DNA of 64,000 bases, taken from contig CM052817.1 of NCBI GenBank assembly GCA_028534125.1, forward strand, positions 69,876,001 through 69,940,000. The letters run 5' to 3'. A model generated the notes under the pieces. It was not told where the DNA came from, searched no databases, and saw only the letters and a program-made list of their open reading frames with translations. Below, piece by piece: positions 12,216 through 25,590 of the stretch. The stretch is from Lama glama. Lineage: Eukaryota. The first letter of the stretch is position 1; each line of letters begins with the position of its first letter. The position numbers were made by a program, and so were the translations under genes.

Positions 12216-14559
12216 TTCAACATTTTAAAAAATGATAAAGTTACTGCACCATTTAAGAAAGGAACGAGTCTTATTGATGTGTGATGGGGGCTTGATGAAA
12301 TAGAGCAGAACTAGAAAAAAAATCCATTAATCCCACCTTTCTCACTGTTATCCTCTCTTCCCCAGTTTGCCCTCCACCCTCTTCTTTAATTTTTTTCTTA
12401 AAGTTTTGTTTAGCATTTATGCTGAGCATGATCTGACATCGTAAGATAGCAGTGACAGAAATGAGAAGTGAAGGGCTGAGAAAGTACAGAAAGAGCAAGA
12501 AGACCTTGGTCTGTTCTGTGAAGTCACATTGAATCATATGCTATCAGAAATCTCCATATGCCATCACTGCTGAGAGGAAGAGGGGAGAAGAGAATGTGTA
12601 GCAGCGTTTTAGCTCCTGGTTGGTTTATACCTTTGGATTCATCTAACCCCAGATAAAAGGGGTTTAAGTGTTTCTGCCCTTAGAAAATTCGAGTGTTGAC
12701 TTGGGAATGGGTGAGTGGATAAAAAACATTATTATGGTTTTGAAATGAAGAATAATGTGTCCTCTTAAACTGGGAACACAATGGTCAGAGGGAGTATATG
12801 TACCTTTTTATTTGATCTCAGTGTTGACAGTTGTTTGTACCAACCCATGACGAGAAATTCCCAAAGGTCTGTGGCTGATCTGTGCATGCTACTGTCCGCA
12901 TCAAGGGCACATCCCATTTTGTATGGTTTGTAGGCTGCCTTTCCTGAGGGGCACTTTATGTGAGTCCTGAAGCTCAGTCCTCAGCCCTTATCTTCCTTGG
13001 GTATGAGTCCTTTGCTGCCTTGTAGATCCTGGCTTTTCAAGGCAGGCTCACCTGATTCTTGGTTTTGCCACCAGGCTTGGTCTCTGCCGACTTTTGAAGA
13101 CGGTTACGTTTCTTTGAAACCTCCAGTTTCTCCCTCAGCCCTCTAATTCAGTTTCACGTCATTTTCTGTTGCAGCACCTTATTCTCCACCAGCAACCAAT
13201 CGCGGTGTGTTTGCCCTTTTACAAGGGTCACCTGAATACCAGAAAGAAATTCCAGATCCATGAGGGTTTTATTGTTATTTTGTTTTTTTTTAAATCAGGG
13301 AAATTTTAGGCAAGGAATCCTGCCCCAATTCCTGTTGTACTTGATAGGATGGTTTTCTATCTGCTTTGGAGGCTGACTTCATTTGTCTGCCCCTAGGCTG
13401 TCTTCTTACCCATCTGTACACATCTTACCCTCCTCCGCCACTACACGTCCCCCTGGACAAGACACTGCCCGTCTTCACCACCAACAGTTTAACCACCACT
13501 GCGGCTGGCCTGGCCGTGCTGCAGGCGCCAGTTGCCCAGAAGGTCATAGTTGAGTATGAAAGGCAGTGTATCCTGCAACTATCCCCCCAGGTCCCAAATG
13601 AACAGTAAATAATGGGCTTTCTAGATTTCTCTTCTCGTGTGTACTCTTACTCCATTTTACTTCTGAGTATCCCTCTTGATTTTCTAAACCTATTCACTTG
13701 GTACAGACTGATCTGGAAGCCTGCATCTGGCCCCTCAGTGTTTCAGTATTCCAGTTTTCCAAGTATTCCAACTCAGTCCACGACTCCTTCCTGTGCACTC
13801 ACATTTTAATGGAATATAGGCTTTTGACCATTGCCTCACATGCCCTCCCTAGCCCATCCTGGTTGCCCATCCCTCTTGATGGCTTCCTGGAGCTTCTCCA
13901 CCTTTGCGCAAGGAAGGGAGCTCTGTCCTCACCCCCTTCCCACAGCACACAGGTTATTGCTTTGGGAGATGTTTCTGCTGATCAAAGCTACTCATTTTAA
14001 AGCTGCCGGTACATCCCTAATCCATCACTTTCAAACCTATTTAAATTATTTAATGTATTGCAACTCCTCTTTTTAACTGTCAGTGTTTTGATCAGATGTT
14101 AATGTGGCAATATGCACACGTTAGGCTGCCCACTTAACACAGGGTCTGAACCCACAGTAGAATATTAGTAATGTGGAGTGCAGCCGAATTAAATATTAAC
14201 CATCCGAAACCCTGAATTCCCCCTGCAAAGAGGAAAGAAAGAGCTTTGATTTTTTAGTGCATAACTGTAGTGAAGTCATTGGTTATTAATATTTTTAAAA
14301 GCTTTGCCCAAGGACACACCACCACCAAAATGTATTATTAGTAGCATGTTGAATAATTTAAAACATGTCACTAAAAACTGGCCAATACAATGAGTAAAAC
14401 TCAGTTTGAGGAGCTTCCTCTCTTGCATTCTCTCTGACTTTTTAAGTAAAAAAAAAAAAAATCACAAACTGGCGACCTTTCTAAATATCACACAAAGTAG
14501 GCTGAAATGTGATTTTGTCAGCTTGTAAATTTTCTTCCTGACCTTCTTGTGTCATTCAG

Positions 14560-14713
14560 CTCAATGGAGACTCTCAGGCCAAAGTACAGCGGATTCTCCG
14601 GTTGATATCTGGTGGTGGGTTGTCCATAACTGGATCGCATATCCTGTGCGGAGATTTCCTCTTCAGTGGTCACACGGTTATGCTGACACTTACTTACTTG
14701 TTCATCAAGGAAT
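14560..14713 (+). CDS. SGMS2: SGMS2 coding exon 3 (LNGDSQAK...CGDFLFSGHTVML...IKE), with catalytic His229
   Basis: Acceptor cattcag|C, donor T|gtaagt; 154 nt; SMS motif CGDxxFSGHT. Confidence 0.97.
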
Positions 14714-14817
14714 GTAAGTAGAAACTCATTCTTGCCATAATGATGGCTGACGTGGGTGGGATCCCTAGGTCCTGAAACTGTTGGGAGCCCTTATTCTGTT
14801 GGAATTGATAGCTATGA

Positions 14818-14820
<3 letters not shown>

Positions 14821-14869
<49 letters not shown>
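14821..14869. repeat. (TG)n microsatellite ~100 bp downstream of SGMS2 exon 3
   Basis: About 24 perfect TG units. Confidence 0.98.
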
Positions 14870-14871
<2 letters not shown>

Positions 14872-15537
14872 ATCATGCTTAAGACTTCCCCTGGCTTCTG
14901 GCTAACATTTAGCATGCCTCCAAAATGCCTCCCTCCTCCGTTAGTACTTCTGAAGGTATGAAAAGCCATTTTAATGTTGGAACTGAGAAGAACAGTTGTT
15001 AAGTTTATTGTAAAAAGAATCAGCGTGTTCCAGAGTCGAATGGAAATGACTTTTGAATGAAACGTCCATTCTATGGAACGTCCATTCCAAGTACTTCAGT
15101 TAATGTCCCCCCCCCCTTAAAATGTTTAAAATGTTTCCTTGTCCCACTTTATTGTGATTTCCTCATTTTCTAGTACCTTCTATGCTTTAATAGGCATCTT
15201 TATGGAACATTTTGCCAATACTGACCATTTTCTTCTTGAAAAGCAACATGGAGATGAGACTGTGAAGTATCTTTCCATGTTTACATATTTAATTTCCATT
15301 ACGCAAAATTGCTGTGTATCCTGGCTGTTTTTGTGGGGCTGGAAGAACATTCATTGTGGGGGATGTTGTGCTTGGTTTTAGCTGCCTAGCAGGTCCGGTT
15401 CTTGTGCATTTCTGAGGTTTTGTATATTTAGGCCCATTTTGTCAAAATCCTTTAGGAGTAGTGATGCTTCTCCCTCCATTTTTACCAACCTGGTTGGTAG
15501 CAACCTTCATGTTTAATTCCAAGATATCCCATACCAG

Positions 15538-15596
15538 TGTTTTTTTGTTTTTGTTTTTGTTTTTGTTTTTGTTTTTGTTTTTGTTTTTGTTTTTTT
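15538..15596. repeat. (GTTTTT)n simple repeat
   Basis: Directly visible. Confidence 0.95.
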
Positions 15597-16154
15597 AAGG
15601 CTTATCTCAATTCTCTTTACTTTTGCAGCATATTTTAAGGGAGGTCTTGGGCAGAGACCAGGCCTCCCCTCTCTGTCCTCCTTGGTTATTCCTGCTTTCT
15701 TCCTTCTTCTCTGGGCCTGTCATTCATCCAAATGGGTTCAGGCCCATCAGGGTTTATCTTCCAGGGGTACAGAATTGAGTTCTTGCCCCATGGATTATCC
15801 AGGATGATAGGTTTTAATTCTACTTTGGGGGCAATATGACAAAGAGTTGAGATTCTCTGTAGTAGATGAAGTGAGTCTGTTTTTAAATTTGGAAGATGAC
15901 AATTGTGTATCTTTTAAATTGTCTTCTTTCTAAATGCTACATACACACTTTGAGTAGGGAGAGCCACGTGTGAAGTGTTCACCTTGCATCACACTGCCTG
16001 ACTTTAAGGTGAGGGGTCTTCTGCACCTTGCCCCTTACTTCATTTCTGTTCTCACATGACTGGGGAGGTAGTGGAGGGGAGGAACCCAGGTCTGTCTGTG
16101 CAGCAGTATCCCGTCCTTAAATTTCAGTCTTCTGAAATTTCTTTTTTTTCCCCC

Positions 16155-16320
16155 TTATTTATATACATATTGAAGTCAGGTTGATTTGCAGTGTTGTGTA
16201 GTCCAGGTGTACAGCAAAGTGATTCAGTTACAGATTCTTTTGCATTATAGCTTATGACAAGATGGTGAATACAGTTCCCTGTGCTATACAGTAGGTCTTG
16301 TTATTCATCTATTTTATATA
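16155..16320 (-). mobile_element. Short L1 3'-end fragment
   Basis: attgaagt..ggtgtacagcaaagtgattcagtta..gttccctgtgctatacagtagg. Confidence 0.75.
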
Positions 16321-16669
16321 CTGAAATTTCTAATTTCTGATACCTAGTTATTGGTTCTGGGTGGTGGGTGGAGTGATTTATGTTGCTTGTGATTCTGACT
16401 CGAACTTTCGCTGCTGAGAGTTCCACCTGTGTGTAAGATCAGTCACTTTCAGTCCAGAGGTCCATTTAGGTCGTAGAATCTTTTCTCTAATCTGTGGATC
16501 ATGGAAAGCTTATAGAAGATGAGGATGATGGTAGGGAGGAGCTGCCTGTTAGAATGAAGCTCCTGTGGGTGAAAACCAGAGTAATGAAGAGAAAACACTC
16601 CAGGAAACAGAGTGAGTTTTATAAAATAACCGAAGACCAGGTGGTGCTACCAGTAACAGCACGTAGACG

Positions 16670-16890
16670 TTGTGCTTACTCCGCCAGGTCCCTATTCTAA
16701 GCCCTAGATGCAAATTAACTCATTTAATCCTTGCAGCCACCCCATGAGGGGAAGCACTGTTTTTCTCCATTTTTCGGAGAGGAAACTTAAGCCTAGAGAA
16801 GGTGAGTGAATGAGCCCCAGCCCACAGTTAGTAGTGGGAGCCTGGGGCATGCAAACTCAAGCAGGCTGACTTCAGAGGTTTTGCTATCAA
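16670..16890. mobile_element. MIR SINE
   Basis: actcatttaatccttgcagcc..ccatttttcggagaggaaact.. Confidence 0.6.
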
Positions 16891-19394
16891 TGTCTTGGCT
16901 CTGTTTAGAATTTTTGGAAACCCAACTTGTCTGATCTTACAGAATTGCTAAGGAATAGTCTGAGTATATTGCTCATTACTGTTCTTTTACCTCACAGCAA
17001 TAGCAGGGCCACTTCGTGATTATTTTTATGCTTAATAAAGGCTAAGCAGGATGTAGAAACATTTTCTTCCCAAGGTACGATTTGGGCTGGAGGCTTTTTA
17101 AATTGTGTACATTTACATAAGGCAAGGAAAGAATTACATTCTACTTTTCCCAAGTTTTGGTGAGAAACAAAACGGCAGATCTGTAATGCTTGATACAAAC
17201 TCAACTTTAGAATCAGTTCTGTATGTAAACAGAGCAGTCCATGTTTATGCCCGTTTCCTATGCAATTAGGAAAAACAGTCACCTTCTACATTATACCATG
17301 TGTTCTGAGTAAGCCGTGGTTGCCGTGGTTGCCGTGGTTCCCATGGTTCCTTTGAACAGTCGGCTTCTAGAATTAGATGCATCATTTATATATTTTTTGC
17401 TTTCCTGCCTTTTGATCATTTAGACTCTCCTTGTTTACTCCGTCGTCATGAGGGGATTCGAATTTAATCGTAAGAGTAGATGAAAACATGGGACTGGGGT
17501 CATTTTGTGGGTTAACAAGAGAGGGTTTTACACAGTTGTGCCAATATTATCACTGGGGCCTAGGTTCCTTATAAAATTAGCCTGGAGAAATCAATCTAGC
17601 TCTTGGCACTAAATGTCTTGCTAGTCGAGAAAACTTTTTTTTCCTACCTTACTGCTACACCAAGTCCATTGTCTCTATTATTCACTGACGTTAGGGCTAG
17701 GATCCCACACAGACAGTGGCGTTCATTAATAATTGTGTCATCATGTCTCAGCTCGAGGTTATCCCTGTGAGTAGAAGGAGAGAGCAGAGAGGATTACCAT
17801 TTTGCCATTTCTATGTCAAAATAGTTTATATTAAATCTGTTCTTTGGGCCAGCTGGTGTTCTCAATCAATGAGCCAGTGGTCCAATGTGGTAGCATAACA
17901 GAGGATAGATACATTTTTTATGGGAAAGCAATGCAGGGGCTTCTGGCCCCTCCTAAAACCTCATGTTCAACTCCACGAGTAGAAAAATGACCATTCAGGC
18001 CACCTCCTCACTCCCTACATACTCCAGCTTTGCTTCTTGCGGATAAACAAATACAAAATAGTTCTGGTTCGCTCAAACATTTTGAACTTTCAAGGTCAAT
18101 ACCAGATGACCTGTAAGGAAGGGAAGCAGGGCTGATGTGAGACTTCGGGGCTGGGTGAGGGCTGTGGTGCTGGAGAATGCCTGTTGAGCAAAATCTCCAG
18201 ATTTCTAAATGTTACTTCCATTTTTAAACTTCAGAGCCTAACAGAACAGTTATGGGGACTGGATCTGGCCCCTCAGGCTACAGGAGTAAGGCCTCCCCCA
18301 GCTATGAAATTCCTCTGCCAGAACCTAGTGGCAGGATGAGCCAAAGGAGAAACAAGTTGCATATTCAAAAGTAGAAAATCAGACTTTCAAGTGCAAATGT
18401 GGATTTCTCATCTTACTGTTCCACTTGGGACCAAAAGAGCAACCGCTGTTTTACCAAAAAATGTTTCATTTAAATGACACCCAGTTTGATATTTCATCTA
18501 AAGTTCTGGAAATGAATCTGTTGTTCAACCATTCTCCCACACTTGAAAGTAAATATCACTATAAAAACAGTTAAATGTGAAATTTCAGTTTATTATGTTA
18601 TTAACTTTGTGAGCGAATAAAGCTTTAAAAAGAAAGTTGTTAAAGAAGAAGAGCAGTTGTCAGAGGTGAGCTCTGGTTCCGTTCACACCTGTGTCATTAC
18701 CATGTGTGTGGGAAATCGGTGGGGCTTGTGATCATCTTTAACCTGATGAGCACTTTGGTTCTCTCGTATGACCGATCAGTGCCGTGAACTTCTTAGTGGC
18801 CTCGCTGGGTAAGGCTCAGATCCGTACGTGAGTGGGCGAGAATCCTAAGCTTTGCATAGGAAGGGTCTTACTGTTGCTATTGGCCATAACAGTATAAAAT
18901 TGCTGAGAATCAAAATATTGCCAGCCACAATGCCATTTTTCTCCCTGTGGAGAAATCAAAGTAAGTTTATGTAAGACCCGAAGTCACTCTGCCTGTCTCA
19001 CCCAACCCCGCTGTGCCCCCGTATTTTCACAGACAGCTACCTTTTCTTTTGACCCTACTGTTTTTCTCTCTGGTGGGGTCCGTACATGAGCCAGTGTGAG
19101 CCACTTCCAGCCAACCCAACGTGAAACGTTTCTCTTCCTTCTTAGACAGTGAGTGTATCTCGTGTTACCAGCCTCCCCAGCCGTGACTGTTGTACCTGCC
19201 CTCAGCGGTGCGCCCTCCTCCCTCCCTCCCTGAGCAAATCCCGGGCAGTTCTCAGTGACTCATTTTGGGTTATGCATTTTCTCCTTCAGTGACTTCCTGG
19301 CCTTAGACTTTCCTAAGGCCTTTAGGTTAGACTGTCATCATTCACCTCCTCTCTGGGAGTCGTGTATTAACCCTGTGATTTTTCTGCTGTCCAG

Positions 19395-19561
19395 ACTCGC
19401 CTCGTCACTTCTGGTGGTATCATTTGATCTGCTGGCTGCTGAGCGCTGCCGGGATCATCTGCATCCTCGTAGCACACGAGCACTACACTGTCGACGTGAT
19501 CGTGGCTTATTACATCACAACACGGCTCTTTTGGTGGTACCATTCCATGGCCAATGAAAAG
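19395..19561 (+). CDS. SGMS2: SGMS2 coding exon 4 (YSPRHFWWYH...AHEHYTVDV...MANEK), with catalytic His272/Asp276
   Basis: Acceptor gtccag|A, donor AAG|gtgaga; 167 nt; motif HYTxDV. Confidence 0.97.
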
Positions 19562-20840
19562 GTGAGAGCAGTGACATTATCCTTGGATAATTTCTTTTCT
19601 TTCAATGCAGTGGACCCTTTTTCACACGGGGGTTTCTGATAGCTTAATGGGAATCACTGCTGTTGCTGCCTAACTGTGTGGTTTGGATCAGTTCGCTTAA
19701 ATTTATAGTAATGACGGCCTCTTAATGAGTATCACAGATATAAGTGGCGTTTAAGGGTAAAGGTGCCGTATAATTATAGAGCTCGAATTCAACTCACTTA
19801 CAGGAGAATTAAAATTAAATGAAAATCTAGGAAGCTGCTTTGTAGAAGCATTTGTGGTGCAGCTAGGTAAGACACTCCCTGCCCTCAGAGTACTTCATTC
19901 TGAGAAAAAACGGCAACTGCTTTAAAAAGTTGGGCAGGACAACTTACGAGTAACCGGATTCAGTACTCCTTCTGGTGATACCGTGCTCTCTGCCTTCGCT
20001 TCTCGTCCTTTCCTTATTTGCTTCTGCTGCCTCCAGTTCCCAGACGACTTCTTATCTTCTGCCATCGTTCTGAAAGAGCTGGCTTAGCTGCCGTCTCTTC
20101 TGAGAAGCCTTTTCCAACTCCTGCTCTCTGCCTCTAGTCCCACGTGGGAATGATGCTTTCTCTGTGCCGTCTAGCCCTAGCGTGTGTCTTTGTTGTAACA
20201 GAGTTAGTCTGTGTGCTATGACTGACTTATCTTGGGATGGTCTTACCGTATTGTGTGAGGCATATCATGTTTGGAGACTTTGTGCGCAGCTGAAATATGT
20301 CATTCCCCCCAGGATCTAAATCCAATTCTCAGTTAGCAGTGTCCACTAGGAAATGCCCTCTCTATGGACATTATTGTCTTTGTGGCTCTATTTCCTATTC
20401 TTTCGTCTCCTATGTCCGTCTTCCTCCTTACACTTCATCTCAATGTCTAGTGATGCCACTGAACCAAAATTTTCGCCTTTCCCCTTACATACGCTCAGCC
20501 TTGTGAGCTCTCCTTCCACTCTTCCATCCTCCTTGACCCATACATAGACCTGACCACTCACACATCCTACAGATTGTTCCTGGAGAGCTCGCACATCCAT
20601 CCCTGAGTCTCCATTCTTACTGGAGTTGCAGGCAGTAGATTCACCTGAGCCACAGAGAGGAAATGAATGTGGGGCGGGTCCTGTCAGAGTCAGGGGAAGA
20701 GGCGCAAAGACAGTCATTGCCTTGTGGTCCCCATTCGGGTGCTTCCCTTGTTAAGTCACAGCGAATGACAATTCAGAAAAAAATTATATTGCAAGTTATG
20801 AAAAACGTGTCTCATTTTATTTTTTTCCTACCTTTTACAG

Positions 20841-21044
20841 AACTTGAAGGTCTCTTCACAGACTAATTTCTTGTCTCGAGCATGGTGGTTCCCCATCTTT
20901 TATTTTTTTGAGAAAAACGTACAAGGCTCAATTCCTTGCTGCTTCTCCTGGCCACTCTCCTGGCCTCCCGGCTGCTTTAAATCATCCTGCAAGAAGTATT
21001 CGCGGGTTCAGAAGATCGGTGAAGATAATGAGAAGTCTACCTGA
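20841..21044 (+). CDS. SGMS2: SGMS2 last coding exon (NLKVSSQT...IPCCFSW...EDNEKST*)
   Basis: Acceptor ttttacag|AAC; TGA at 21042-21044. Exons sum to 455+118+154+167+204=1098 nt = 365 aa + stop. Cys331/332/343/348 palmitoylation cluster present. Confidence 0.97.
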   Translation, partial: NLKVSSQTNFLSRAWWFPIFYFFEKNVQGSIPCCFSWPLSWPPGCFKSSCKKYSRVQKIGEDNEKST

Positions 21045-24000
21045 GGAGCAAAGCAAAGGCATCAGCTCTTACACCAAAAGAGTCATTGCTGTAACCAAAG
21101 GTATAGTTTTTTTTGTTTTTTTATTTTAGGAGAACTGACTGGTAAATGAAGAAGTGGACCAAATTTTGTGCAAATGCTTAGAAAGATGAATGAAGTATTA
21201 CCCTTTGACTGGTTTTCTATTCGTCCTGAGAAAGTTACTTTCTCCCGTGGCTCTTCATTCATTGGTGACAAGCCCTCAATCTGGGACTTTACTAATGAGC
21301 TTGTTAAAGAGGTGCCAAAGAACATACTACTCCTTTCCTCATTCTTTCTCCACTAAAGCGCTCCACTTCAGACTTTTTTCAGGATTTTTTTCCCCCTCCA
21401 AGGTCAAAAGAATTTGTTAATGTTTTAAATAAAAATATCTGGATATATACAGCTACTGTGTAAATAGAATCACCTGATGTTGAGAGTGGTTTTTAGCATT
21501 AGCCCTACTGGCGAGGGGGCGATCCACTCACTGGGCCGTGAGTGGACTTCGGGTGAACATTGTTTCCGCCCCGTCGAGGGGAAGGTCAGGGTCAGGTCTG
21601 GGAATATGCACTGCTGCTGCTCCCAATGTACTGTGTATCACTTTTACTTTATTCTTTTTAAACTGGTAATTTTATAATTTAAAAAAAAAAGCTTTAAAAT
21701 AATATAAAAGTATTTGGCGCACCCCACATGTGTGTAAATATTTCATTGTAAGATCTCTGTGACAGACACACAGGGAAACATGGGGTGTTCCTGCTAGGAA
21801 TGGTCTTGTGCACATGCTTACCTGCTGTCTGCCTGGTAAATTGGCACCTGTACCCCCAGGGCAGTGGACTGTGTAGCTCAGGCTGAAGACACGTATGTGT
21901 GTGAACTGATGCTCATGCCCTTTGGGGAACAAGCCCGTGTTTTTCTCCCAGGTCATGCCCTATGTGAGATCTGTTTTAGAGCTGCTCATTGGAACTCACA
22001 AATACAATTGGTCACATTTCACTGAAAACCATTTCTTCCTAGTTACATTGGGCTTTGTGGAAGAACCAAGATAGAGTCCAAAAGTTTAAAGCATCCTTGC
22101 CTTTTGGTAAGAGACTTAGCTTCTTATGTCCTGGTCCTAAGGACACATACCACAATTGAGTAATTTTACTTTGACCCTGAAACGATACCACGGTGCTGCA
22201 CTATAATCTACGGCTGGAACCCGTGTGTTAGACAGTTACAGCTACTCAGTAAAGGGGAATAACTGTTTCTAAAGTTCTTTCAGGTGATGCAAAAAAAAAA
22301 AGGATTAAAAAAAAATCTGACCAGATTTAGTACATTGATTAATGCTGTTGAATCTTTTTGGTAATTCTTGGCTTAATTTCTTTAGACTTCTAGTAACCTT
22401 AGAAAAAGATTCAAGGTTACAAAATCATTAACACTAGTCAGAGTGGAGAGGCCAACAGGGGTGGAAGGGAGGCAGTTACATTTCTATTAAAGGTGAAAAC
22501 TCCCTCCACTTAGAATGAAAACATCCCTCGATTTGTCCTTGTAAATGAGTGAGCCCTGATCTGGTGCACAGAGCTGACCTTAAATCGTTTAAGAGAAGCA
22601 CAATACAGATCTGTTCAGAAGGGTCATCGTCCTTTGGTGCTAAAATTCTGTATACGTTTTCAGTATGGCTCTTTCTCCGTGTGAAAAAGAAACACTAAAG
22701 GTTGAATTCAAAGGCAGAAAGAAAGACTAATCTGGTTACATTTAAAACAAGAAAGCAAATCCTAAACATCCTGGGCAGGCTTCGAAATGCAAGAAGTTTT
22801 TCTGGTATTTATTAGTAAGTAAACCAGTAAGAAATGTTTGTGTAGCTTACCTGATGTGTTTAGCCATAATGCTACATAATTTTCACTTATTAAATATTGA
22901 CACGTGATAGAATGGTGTGTTCTTCTTGAAAACACTGATTTTAAATTTCTGCTAATTGTGAAGAGAAATATCTGGCACTGAAGCCCAGGTTTTGCTCTCC
23001 TAATACTGGTATATTCCTTGAGCCTCTAATTCAAATAAAACAACCTGATATATACCTTAGAGCCTTATTCAACTGCATCTTGGGTAACCCAGTCCTCTGC
23101 AGATTGAGGAAGGAAAGATGTATAAGCTTTGAAAATCATAGTGTATTGATTGCTGGAGATCCTTGAAAACAGTTTAAACCTTGCATTTTAGTCAAGTAAT
23201 CTAGTTTTTTTTTTTAAATAATACTATCACCTTTTAAAGAACTTTAAAAACATCCATGACTCCACGTGTAGACATTATTGCTCCTGTGTTCTTTGCACAT
23301 ACATGTCATAGCTCTCTAATAAATGCTGTGCAAGCATGTGGTATGAAAATAAGGGGGCACATATCGAAGTTTCAAGATGGGAAAATATGAGATATAGCAA
23401 AGCATATACATTTAGGAAGGCAGACTTGAAGTTCAACCCAACATGCCACTTTGGGATATAAAGCCTAATTACTAGACTTACTGTGGTGATTATTTCACAA
23501 TATATACAAATAAAAAATTATTATGTTGTATACCTAAAATTAACATAATATTGTATGTCAGTTATACCTCAATTAAAGAAACCAAACAATTACAAGCTTG
23601 CCTTTTGAAACAGTAAAATTTTGGAGCTCCTTTTTCTTGCTAACCAAGATACAAGATCTTATCTATTATCCTTGTTTTTGTAATCCAGTGCTCCTGTTAC
23701 GAGCCTTTTCTGTGATTTAGTCCTCTGTGCGATATCTATAATAGATATATTTCTATAAATGATGCAACATTTAAAAAATATTCTTTCAAATGGAAATCCA
23801 TTCCTTTCAGATTCTAATTTTTGAGCTCCCCTGCTAGCTCGGAAAATAAAGCATTCTTCCCCATTCAGTTCTACCCAAGGTAATTTTGAGTTTGTTATTT
23901 AATTTACTGGCATCTTGGGAAACATGTTTTTCTGTGGAAGGAAGGCTCTTGTGAGTGAGCCCAAGTTTCTAGTCTTGGTTGACACTTGGATGATGCTGCA

Positions 24001-25590
24001 TAAGGTTCTTTGCTGTATACCAGTGCCCCCTTGTGGAAATATGTTATATAACTTGGAACACAAAGGCGACTTTTTAAAGGATATTTTCAAGTTTTTAAAA
24101 GGCATTTGTTTTTTATTATTTTTGCCAATAATCTGAAAGAACCACAAAAAAGGAATTATTTTAAAGACATATTAAACCTTTCCCAAAGGGAAAATGTGCT
24201 TAGATCACAGGGAGTTGTAATTCTAATCTTTTATCCATTTGATCAAAGAAAATATGGAGACCATTTTTACCTCTCACCATCACAATCATTAATGTCTCCC
24301 TTTATAACTACCTATACTTTGTTTACTTTGAAACACCAAGTTTCAAAGTCCTACATGTTTTTTTAACACGCTAGAACTCATGCAGTTTCTTTCTTAATTT
24401 GAAAGTTCACATCTTGTTCCTTGCATATTTCGAACATTTCTTTTTAAATTCTTTTATGTTGTTTTTGTTTTGCACTGTAAAACTGATTAAAAATTTAAGC
24501 CGGTATTAACACACTCACTTCTGTAGTGTAAGGAAGTGTGAGAAGGAATTTAATAAATGAGTTTACATGTTTAAATCAAGTATATTATAATTAATATGCC
24601 ATGTGTTGAAGGCTTTTCTATTTGTGTGTTTAGAGTCCTGGTGTTTTTTTTTTTTTAATGTCATTGTGTTGCAATAATTTAACTCCTTTGACTTACTTGC
24701 TAAAAATATTTCTTCTATTAAGAAGTGCTCTTGACTTCAATACCTGAACACTAAAAATCGTGTCAAATGGTACCCAAAGATAATTTTTTATACAGATACA
24801 CACCTTATAAATTCTGATTTATATGTAGCTGTGTTCTAAATGAATCATGAATGAGAATAGTTCTTTATTGTGAAATTATTTAAAACTATCCTTTAAAAGA
24901 AAAAGAAGAAACTATAAATTTAAGGTAATCTAGTTGCCAAGTTGGAATTCATTATTTAATTTACCTCCTATGCAATGATTAATGCTGCAAAATGTATGGT
25001 TATGTTATATTATATTCACAAAAGAAATATCATTACAAGGTTTGAGAGGTAGCCAACTGCTTTCTTTTGGAAGTTTACTGTACTGTTTCAATGTGTTAAG
25101 TGCCTTGTTGTAAAGTAAAATTTTAAGTCTAGAATTCATTATTTTCCTGACATATATTTTTCATTATGATATATACTGTATATTATTGTAATAGTTTTAT
25201 TAAATGCTTATGTTTTAATTAAATATGTAAATTTCAGAAGCTCTTTTTCCTACCCACCAGTACTTTAGTCATTGGTCTATCATATGGGATTTGAATTCAG
25301 GTTCCTTTTTTTTTTTTAAAGAGGAAATTATCTTAGTTTAGAAATATGTTTTCCATGCTTGTGCTTTTGTGTTTGTAAAAACATTTCAGGAGGAATTTGG
25401 GAGTGTAACTACAGTTTGTACTTGAAAATGCCATTTTACATTTACATTTTAAGTGCCTAATTGTTAGTTAAAACTAATTTATGTTTCTATTCTAAACAGA
25501 ATATGTCTACTTGGTTTCTAATCTCTTTGGCTTTGCTTTAATAAAAAAAAAGCAAGAGCCTATACTTTGTATTTATCCAATAAACCACCA
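21045..25590 (+). other. SGMS2: Probable long SGMS2 3' UTR with several candidate poly(A) signals
   Basis: AT-rich sequence after the stop; AATAAA at 21428 and others through ~25580. The true 3' end cannot be fixed from sequence alone. Confidence 0.5.
23468..23577 (+). mobile_element. Older L1 (L1MA/MB-like) 3'-terminal fragment inside the putative SGMS2 3' UTR
   Basis: acttactgtggtgattatttcacaatatatac..attatgttgtatacct..gtcagttatacctcaattaaa. Confidence 0.7.

Noticed and set aside
13366..13608. ORF with KVIVEYER, faintly stomatin-like, in a locally GC-richer intron patch
   Set aside because: Similarity is limited to a few residues; non-ATG start; no poly(A), TSD or convincing splice sites.
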